Below are positions 1 through 5,434 of a stretch of DNA of 6,013 nucleotides, piece after piece. The notes under the pieces are model-generated. The model worked only from the letters and a program-made list of their open reading frames with translations. It ran no database searches and was not told the DNA's origin. Each line of letters starts with the position of its first letter. Position 1 is the stretch's first letter. Origin of the DNA: an archaeon (GTDB lineage Archaea > Iainarchaeota > Iainarchaeia > Iainarchaeales > CSSED10-239). Location of the stretch: assembly GCA_037147375.1 (NCBI GenBank), contig JBAWVI010000060.1, positions 1 to 6,013 on the forward strand, read 5' to 3'. Position numbers and translations under genes: made by a program.

Positions 1-742
1 CTAATGCATACGATGGTTGCTGACGAGGGATAAACTTCTTATACAATCTCATGTAATCTAATGAACTGACTCCCGCAATCTTATATGGCATCAAGGGATC
101 ACGTTCATCAAACTCTACAATGTTCAATGGGGACAATGAATTGGCATTCTTGGCACCAACGATTTTCTTCATCCTATTGTATAGATACGGAATATCGAAT
201 GAATCGCCATTCCAATGTATAACAATCGTAGGATCGATCTCTTTCCATTTATCTAGGAATTGCAATAGCATTGTAGATTCCGTATGACAAGAGATTACAC
301 TCTTACTATCATCCGAAGATGACTCCAATAATTTGGCTTCGTCTAAGACATATGCGTAGTAATGCTTTCCGGTTTCATCATATAATGCGATAGCAGTTAC
401 TTTCATAGGGGCCCGTTGACAATAACCTAAGTTAATAGCCTCTCCGCGTTCTGTCTCAATATCTAGAAACACTTTGTTTTGATACGACGCCACATCATCA
501 CTATCCCGATAGATATCAAGTAGTATTGTAAGACACTTATCTACATCCTTCTCATATAAAGTCTTATCGTCTTTGTCGTATTTCTTAGTAGGATTGGCTC
601 TCTTACCATCTAACGTAGCATACTTACCCTCCGGATGAAGTTTATAGTATGTAGGTTGGTACTGGAATTCATGCCAACCCTCGTTGTCGTCTCTTAGATG
701 ACATACTCTGTCCCTATATGAATAGTAAATGGCGTTATACAT
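1..742 (-). CDS. Family B DNA polymerase (T4/RB69 gp43-like), N-terminal and 3'-5' exonuclease domains; 5' part only, ORF runs off the left edge
   Basis: Not in the supplied track because it has no stop in the window. ATG is at 742-740. I read all 247 minus-strand codons down to position 2 and found no TAA/TAG/TGA. Translation starts MYNAIYYSYRDRVCHLRDDNEGWHEFQYQPTYYKLHPEGKYATLDGKR... It contains Exo I FLDIETE (449-469) and Exo II HWNGDSFDIPYLYNR (173-217). GVSSLDYMRLYKKFIPRQQPSYAL (about 2-73) closely parallels T4 gp43 GVSILDYLDLYKKFAFTNLPSFSL as I recall it. An AGGA lies about 9 nt upstream of the ATG. Confidence 0.9.
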   Translation of the reverse strand, partial: MYNAIYYSYRDRVCHLRDDNEGWHEFQYQPTYYKLHPEGKYATLDGKRANPTKKYDKDDKTLYEKDVDKCLTILLDIYRDSDDVASYQNKVFLDIETERGEAINLGYCQRAPMKVTAIALYDETGKHYYAYVLDEAKLLESSSDDSKSVISCHTESTMLLQFLDKWKEIDPTIVIHWNGDSFDIPYLYNRMKKIVGAKNANSLSPLNIVEFDERDPLMPYKIAGVSSLDYMRLYKKFIPRQQPSYAL

Positions 743-745
743 AAC

Positions 746-904
746 TTATTTTCCTGTGCTACCGAACCCACCGGTTCCGCGATTAGTAGATGGTAATTCT
801 GAAAGTTCTTCAAATTCGATTGGAATAACTTCTTCTAAATATATTTGACCTATTCGGTCTCCTACTTCAAAAGGAGAAGGAGTATAGCCTAAATATGGTA
901 TTAT
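746..904 (-). pseudogene. dut: dUTPase C-terminal fragment (motifs IV-V only), 5'-truncated and joined in frame to the ligase ORF
   Basis: The last ~50 residues of the 746-2218 track ORF read ...PFEVGDRIGQIYLEEVIPIEFEELSELPSTNRGTGGFGSTGK*. GDRIGQ (845-862) matches the G(D/E)RIAQ strand motif of trimeric dUTPases. RGTGGFGSTG (752-781) matches their C-terminal P-loop-like motif V. Motifs I-III (including the G-x-I-D-x-x-Y-R-G-E region) are absent upstream. G+C and codon choice (cga, cgc, ggg, acc, ggc) match the polymerase block, not the ligase block. The 5' boundary is approximate (about 890-925). Stop is TAA at 746-748. Confidence 0.8.
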
Positions 905-2119
905 ACTATTTTTAATATCATCGGGTAAGAAAGATTCAAGTTCTTTCTCATTATCTGTAATTATAAGCTCAGTTGGCCTAATGATTGGAGGAATATTGAA
1001 TTTATCCTCAACTATCTTTCTTCTTTCAAAGAAAGGAACATTTATCATTTCCTTTCCATTAAGATAAAGAACATCAAACACCTTTAGATGAAGAGGAAGC
1101 TCTTTTGCTTTTTCATCAATATCATATTTTCTTTTTCTTTGTATAGTTATTTGAAATGAATGATACTTGTTGTTATCTGGATCAAATGCAATTGATTCGC
1201 AGTCAATTATAAAATCTCCTTCTATTTTTTTAATTTCTTCAACTATATCTGGAAACATCTTTGTCATATCTTCTTCATTTCTTGAAAATATTTTTACATG
1301 ATTTCCAATCTTATGAATCTGTTGACGAAATCCATCTATTTTTGAGTCTACTGCGAACTGTTTCTTTTTATCTTCCTTATCTTTACCTAATCTCTCTATA
1401 ATTTCTGGAAAGCCGCTTGCTCTTTCACAAAGAGCAGGCTTGATTGGAATAAATGGAGTAATACTTACGCTTTCAAGATCTTTCATTCCACCCAGCTTAA
1501 TTATTTTTGCAATTAATCCAAGATCAGAAACTTGATTATACTTATTTGTAATTATTTCTTTTGCAATCTTCTGATCAACAGATGGATCAATAGACGCTAG
1601 AGCATCAACTATTGTTGAATCTGAAAAACCTAGTCTAAATGAAATTGGAAACTTAACAACATACTTTGCTTCTTTTTGGGAAACATTAAAAAGAATTGAT
1701 TCAAATAACTTAAGCTTTTTTTCAATAGTTCCTTTTCCACTAATCTCTGCAATCTTTTCAAATGTTTCATAAACATCTAAAAAGGATAGTTCTTTTGAAA
1801 ATAAAGTTTTTTGTTGCTTTGTAACAGGCGTACCTTCGATGATTAAACCAAGATCTCCAACCTTAAGAAGATCTTCTTTGATTTTATCTTCTGGTTGTCC
1901 AAGATATCTTGCAGTTAAAGAAATAATTGTTGCTTCACCAATATTTATCTCTCTTCCTTGATACTTAGGTCCAACCTTACCTTGACAGAAATAAACAAGT
2001 TTGTTAATATTTTCTTTTTCGCAAAGCACAAATAATTCATGAAGAATAGATGTCATAGTTAAGCGTGAAGAAGTATCTCTTACCTTATCAAAATATTCAC
2101 ATACTTTACTAAATTCCAT
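905..2119 (-). CDS. lig: ATP-dependent DNA ligase, archaeal/eukaryal Lig1-like (DNA-binding domain plus adenylation domain through motif IIIa); 3'-truncated before motif IV
   Basis: The likely true start is ATG at 2119-2117 (MEFSKVCEYFDKVRDTSSRLTMTSILHELF, a typical ligase N-terminus). Motif I is SKIDGFR, with the adenylated Lys at 1340-1342 and the motif at 1325-1342. Motif III is FIIDCESIAF. Motif IIIa is LKVFDVLYLNGKEMINVPFFERRK. The protein is colinear with Pyrococcus-type ligase as I recall it. ELESFLPDDIKNS parallels the segment just before EGLMxK in human LIG1. Motifs IV, V and VI and the OB-fold domain are missing. The frame instead continues into the dUTPase tail (one open frame, 746-2119). 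Confidence 0.88.
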
Positions 2120-2150
2120 ATAAATATAATATAGCAAAAGATTTAAAAAT

Positions 2151-2177
2151 AAGAAAAAGAAGAGAAAGAAAAGAAAG
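2151..2177. repeat. 27-nt uninterrupted purine (A/G) run; polypyrimidine on the coding strand
   Basis: Read directly: aagaaaaagaagagaaagaaaagaaag. It lies in the 77-nt spacer between the orphan gene stop (2197) and the probable ligase ATG (2119). It is the source of the FLFFLFFFLFL string in the track's N-terminal extension. Confidence 0.85.
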
Positions 2178-2196
2178 TAAAAATAAGAATCAAACT

Positions 2197-2889
2197 CTAG
2201 ATGATTCTTATAGTACATCCTGTACTTCTAAGAATATCTGTAAATGTATTCTCACTTTTATCTAGATTCTGGGGGTGAAGATAAACTTCTTTATTATCTC
2301 TATATTTAAGATAATCTCTAGAGTTAACAAAGTATACCATCTTTTGAACAGAAATTGAATTTAAATTAACTAATATTGATTTTCTTTGATCACTTGTTAA
2401 AAGAATAATATCCTTCCTATCTCCTTGTCCAGTATAGTCCTTAAGAGTCTTAACTAAATGGTTATAGAAAAAATATGATATAGGATAATTTGTTATAGGA
2501 GGAGATTCTGTGTAAGGTCCAGTTTCAAAATAAGTATAAATCTTATATTGTTGTTGCAATTCAATAGAACTTAGGTTAAGTGCTTTTGAAAGAATAGTAA
2601 ATTGTCCATCTTTCTTAATTGCATTATCAACAGTTTTTTGCTTTTGTTTAATTCCAAGATCAATATCTTTTTGATTTGAAAAACCAGTATGAAGAAGAGC
2701 CATGTCATCTGTTTTTTTATTAAATGATTCATTATCTTTAACCTTTGTAATCTCTTCCTTTAAGAGATTCATTAAGTCATCTTTTTCAAACTTATCTTCA
2801 GTTAGTTGTTTAAGCTTTGAGTTTGCTTTTGTTATTGATTTAGGGGTTACTTCTTTTTTGCTTTCTGTATGTATTTTTGTTTTTACCAT
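2197..2889 (-). CDS. Hypothetical protein, 230 aa: Lys/Glu-rich N-terminal ~100 aa plus a C-terminal aromatic-rich domain; no family recognised
   Basis: A 693-nt open frame in ~28% G+C DNA is unlikely by chance, because stop codons are AT-rich. It is co-directional with its neighbours. A weak SD-like GAGATGAT (2895-2902) lies 5 nt before the ATG at 2889-2887. I recognise no catalytic motif. A PIP-box-like string QYKIYTYF is at 2527-2550. Confidence 0.65.
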   Translation of the reverse strand: MVKTKIHTESKKEVTPKSITKANSKLKQLTEDKFEKDDLMNLLKEEITKVKDNESFNKKTDDMALLHTGFSNQKDIDLGIKQKQKTVDNAIKKDGQFTILSKALNLSSIELQQQYKIYTYFETGPYTESPPITNYPISYFFYNHLVKTLKDYTGQGDRKDIILLTSDQRKSILVNLNSISVQKMVYFVNSRDYLKYRDNKEVYLHPQNLDKSENTFTDILRSTGCTIRII

Positions 2890-2967
2890 AGATAATCATC
2901 TCTAATATATTTTTTAATTAAAATAAAATAGTAATAAATAATATTATTAGATGAATTAATAAAGATA

Positions 2968-2984
2968 TTGGTTTAGTAAACCAA
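2968..2984. repeat. Perfect 17-bp palindrome TTGGTTTA-G-TAAACCAA
   Basis: Read directly: 2968-2975 ttggttta, centre g at 2976, 2977-2984 taaaccaa (the exact reverse complement). It lies 13 nt downstream of the pyrF stop, in the longest intergenic spacer of the window (2890-2996). Confidence 0.9.
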
Positions 2985-2996
2985 ACTATAGATTAA

Positions 2997-3761
2997 TTAT
3001 AAATTTTTTGCTATATCTTGTAATATTTCATAACCAGCTTTTAGTCTCTCCTCTCTAGTTTTTTGATCAGTTATTGCTCTTCCAATAACTAAAATACTTG
3101 AACCATCTATGATTGCATTTCCTGGAGTAAACACTCTTTTCTGATCAGCACCAGCAGGAGTATTAACACCCTTAATTCCAGGAGTTACATACATGAAATT
3201 AGTAGGTAATTTATCTTTGATTGCATAAAGATCAGCTGCAGAGCAAACAATTCCATCAAGTCCTGCTTCTTGTACAAGTTTTGCAAGCCTTAATACTTGT
3301 TCAGGAACCTCTCCAGATATATTTAATTGATTATTCATAATATTCTTATCAATACTTGTAAGAATTGTTACTCCAATAATCTTTGGCATATATCCTCCAT
3401 ATTTTTCAGAACCTTTCTTTGCACCCTCAACTGCTGCTTTAAGCATTTCAAGTCCACCAGACGCATGAACATTAAACATATAAACACCAAGCTTTGTTGC
3501 AGCTTGTGCAGCACCTTTAACTGTATTTGGGATATCATGATACTTAAGATCTAAGAATACATTTGCACCATATCCTTGAACAACCTTTACAACCTCAGGA
3601 CCAAACCTAGTAAATGTTTCTTTTCCTATCTTAAATAAACCCACAACAGGACTTAATTCTTCAACTCTTGATTTTACGTCTTCAATAGTTTCAAGTTCAT
3701 CAAGCGGTAAACAAACTTTTGTTCTTGCTAATTTTTCTTTTTCATTTAAACTAAACTCCAT
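2997..3761 (-). CDS. pyrF: Orotidine 5'-phosphate decarboxylase
   Basis: 254 aa. Signature FLDLKYHDIPNTV (D-x-K-x-x-D-I-P-N-T catalytic motif, D71/K73/D76), with LPLD near the N-terminus and FKIG. It is colinear with Bacillus-type PyrF, including VHASGG and the C-terminal VIGRAIT phosphate-binding loop. SD AAGGGGG is 8 nt upstream. Confidence 0.95.
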   Translation of the reverse strand: MEFSLNEKEKLARTKVCLPLDELETIEDVKSRVEELSPVVGLFKIGKETFTRFGPEVVKVVQGYGANVFLDLKYHDIPNTVKGAAQAATKLGVYMFNVHASGGLEMLKAAVEGAKKGSEKYGGYMPKIIGVTILTSIDKNIMNNQLNISGEVPEQVLRLAKLVQEAGLDGIVCSAADLYAIKDKLPTNFMYVTPGIKGVNTPAGADQKRVFTPGNAIIDGSSILVIGRAITDQKTREERLKAGYEILQDIAKNL

Positions 3762-3769
3762 AATTTATG

Positions 3770-3776
3770 CCCCCTT
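3770..3776 (-). promoter_or_regulatory. Shine-Dalgarno site for pyrF (AAGGGGG)
   Basis: The minus strand reads aatAAGGGGGcataaattATG, with an 8-nt spacer, in the 17-nt gap after the pyrC stop. Confidence 0.65.
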
Positions 3777-3778
3777 AT

Positions 3779-4723
3779 TTATATTTTAAATGTTTTAATT
3801 ATGTTATCATACGTTAACTTATCTATTTCATTTGTTGATAAACCTAAGGTAGGTAAATATTCTTCAACAAAAATTTTGTAAAGATATAAAGATGGAAATC
3901 CAGACATATATGGTGAAAAAAGTTTTTCTCCAATTGCGTGTGATGCATGATCAGTTTCTATCCAATCAATCTTTCCTTTTGCAAGATCATCTCTTAAAGA
4001 ATTAACTTCCTCTTTCTTTCTTAATGGTGGATTCATCTTATACAACAATCCATCTTCTCTAGCAAGCATACTTTCATCCCAAAGAACATGATGTGGAGTT
4101 ACTGCACAAGTTATTTTTAGATCTTTTTCAGAATTTATTAGATTAACTGATTCTGAGCAAGATACGTGACAAATATGTAACGTACCTTTAAAGTTTGCTT
4201 CTTTTGCAAAACTAATTTGATCTTTTATTGATTGTACTTCAGAAATTGTTGGTCTTGAGTATGCATGTGTGATTGGAATATCTGGATTAAACATATTATT
4301 ATCAATAAATGACTCCTTTTCACAATGCAATGCAATAACTCCTTTATAATTATTTTCAGCAAGTGTTTTGTAAACTAATCTTTGTTTATCTTCAGAAATG
4401 ATTGCTAAGTCTCCAACTGATTTGCCAGCAAAAAACTTTATTCCAATAACTTCATTATATTTTTCTGTGATTCTCACAGCTTCTTGAAGTTGTTCTTGAT
4501 TAGAAGTTGCTCCAATATATAGATGATATCTACCTCTTACATCTTGTGGAACAAGATTCAACCTTTCAATAACATCCTTCTCGTTTAGGATAGGAGGAGA
4601 TGTGTTTGGCATATCAAATATCTTATCAACTCCTTGTTCGTCACAAACCTTAAAGACATGTTTAATAGTATCTTTATAGTTCTGATTTCCATCCCTACAA
4701 TGAACATGTGGATCTATTCTCAT
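3779..4723 (-). CDS. pyrC: Dihydroorotase, short amidohydrolase-core form (314 aa)
   Basis: Metal-ligand pattern of the DHOase/amidohydrolase fold: DPHVHCRD (H6, H8), GIKFFAGK (candidate carboxylated Lys96), ALHCE (H133), HICHVS (H183/H186), ETDHASH (D258). Also present are DMPNTSPP and KMNPPLRKKEE, both conserved DHOase strings. SD AAGAGGTG is 7 nt upstream. Confidence 0.9.
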   Translation of the reverse strand: MRIDPHVHCRDGNQNYKDTIKHVFKVCDEQGVDKIFDMPNTSPPILNEKDVIERLNLVPQDVRGRYHLYIGATSNQEQLQEAVRITEKYNEVIGIKFFAGKSVGDLAIISEDKQRLVYKTLAENNYKGVIALHCEKESFIDNNMFNPDIPITHAYSRPTISEVQSIKDQISFAKEANFKGTLHICHVSCSESVNLINSEKDLKITCAVTPHHVLWDESMLAREDGLLYKMNPPLRKKEEVNSLRDDLAKGKIDWIETDHASHAIGEKLFSPYMSGFPSLYLYKIFVEEYLPTLGLSTNEIDKLTYDNIIKTFKI

Positions 4724-4730
4724 AATATTT

Positions 4731-4738
4731 CACCTCTT
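4731..4738 (-). promoter_or_regulatory. Shine-Dalgarno site for pyrC (AAGAGGTG)
   Basis: The minus strand reads aaAAGAGGTGaaatattATG, with a 7-nt spacer, in the 22-nt gap after the pyrE stop. Confidence 0.7.
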
Positions 4739-4745
4739 TTTAATC

Positions 4746-5420
4746 TTATTTTTCTATTTTTGGAAAACCATTTTTTGCACCCCAATTAAATGGATCTTTT
4801 CTCCAATCAGCAAGCAATTCTATTTGGTCAGATGTTAAATAATTAATTTCTTTTGCAGTTTCTAGAAGAACATCATATGTAAGAATTGATCTTACTTCAG
4901 TTTTTTCAGGAAGAACATCAAACTCAGTTTTTGCTTTATCAAGTCCATAACTAAATATTGATAAACAATATTCTACTTTTCCTTTTGCATCTCTCACTGC
5001 TTGAACTGCTTTTGCAGAAGACCCACCAGTTGAGATAAGATCTTCAATAACAATTACTTTTTTTCCTTCTAAGTCCTTATCAGCATCAAGACCTTCAATT
5101 TGATTTTTAAGTCCATGATCCTTTGGTTTATCTCTGATGTATATCATTGGCTTGTTTAATAAATCAGCTAAGATTGTTGCGTGAGGAATACCAGCAGTTG
5201 ATGTTCCAGCAATTACATCACACTCTATTTTTTCATTATCAATAATTTCTTTAAATCCTTTTGCAACAAGAGCTCTATACTCTGAATAGAATAATAACAT
5301 TCTATTGTCATTGTATATTGGCATTCTATAACCGGATGCCCAAGTAAATGGGTCTCCTGGTCTTAGCTTAATTGATCCTATGCTTAATGATATTTTTGCA
5401 ATTTCTTTTCCATAATTCAT
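4746..5420 (-). CDS. pyrE: Orotate phosphoribosyltransferase
   Basis: 224 aa. FTWASGYRMPIYNDNRMLL matches the Bacillus/Gram-positive-type PyrE N-terminal signature (FTWASGIKSPIYCDNR as I recall it). The PRPP-binding motif KVIVIEDLISTGGS is at 5019-5060. SD AGGAGG is 7 nt upstream. Confidence 0.95.
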   Translation of the reverse strand: MNYGKEIAKISLSIGSIKLRPGDPFTWASGYRMPIYNDNRMLLFYSEYRALVAKGFKEIIDNEKIECDVIAGTSTAGIPHATILADLLNKPMIYIRDKPKDHGLKNQIEGLDADKDLEGKKVIVIEDLISTGGSSAKAVQAVRDAKGKVEYCLSIFSYGLDKAKTEFDVLPEKTEVRSILTYDVLLETAKEINYLTSDQIELLADWRKDPFNWGAKNGFPKIEK

Positions 5421-5427
5421 ATTTATT

Positions 5428-5433
5428 CCTCCT
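5428..5433 (-). promoter_or_regulatory. Shine-Dalgarno site for pyrE (AGGAGG)
   Basis: The minus strand reads aaaAGGAGGaataaatATG, with a 7-nt spacer. The site lies immediately after the pyrD stop codon. Confidence 0.7.
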
Positions 5434-5434
5434 T

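Noticed and set aside
746-950. A sequencing frameshift as an explanation for the loss of ligase homology
   Set aside because: Both alternative minus-strand frames hit stop codons within about 10-45 nt of the breakpoint region and encode nothing ligase-like. The remaining 160 nt before the polymerase ATG could not hold motifs IV-VI plus an OB domain anyway.
1196-1204. Cys in ligase motif III (DCE instead of the often-quoted DGE) as a sign of an inactive enzyme
   Set aside because: The middle position of this motif varies among bona fide ligases (EGE in Pyrococcus, DTE in human LIG1, as I recall). Only the acidic residues are critical, so this is not evidence of inactivation.
2120-2218. N-terminal 33-aa extension of the ligase ORF (MYYKNHLEFDSYFYFLFFLFFFLFLNLLLYYIY)
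   Set aside because: It is the translation of a polypyrimidine/AT-rich spacer. It would overlap the upstream gene by 22 nt, and ligase homology begins exactly at the internal MEFSKVCEYFDK (ATG 2119). I treat 2119 as the start.
2702-2905. 67-aa plus-strand ORF from the track
   Set aside because: It lies entirely antisense to the 5' end of the 230-aa minus-strand gene and its upstream region. The translation is low-complexity (S/F/L-rich), there is no SD, and no motif is recognisable. It looks like a typical shadow ORF in AT-rich DNA.
2968-2984. The palindrome read as a rho-independent terminator for the pyr operon
   Set aside because: The dyad has a 1-nt centre, so a real hairpin would have only about 6 bp of mostly A/T stem. 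The downstream tract (tatctttatt) is not a clean U-run. It is weak as an intrinsic terminator, so I kept it only as a palindrome and possible protein-binding site.
3327-3554. 75-aa plus-strand ORF from the track
   Set aside because: It is fully embedded antisense within pyrF, whose identity is secure. The peptide is Cys/Asn/Ile-rich with no recognisable domain, so it is a shadow ORF.
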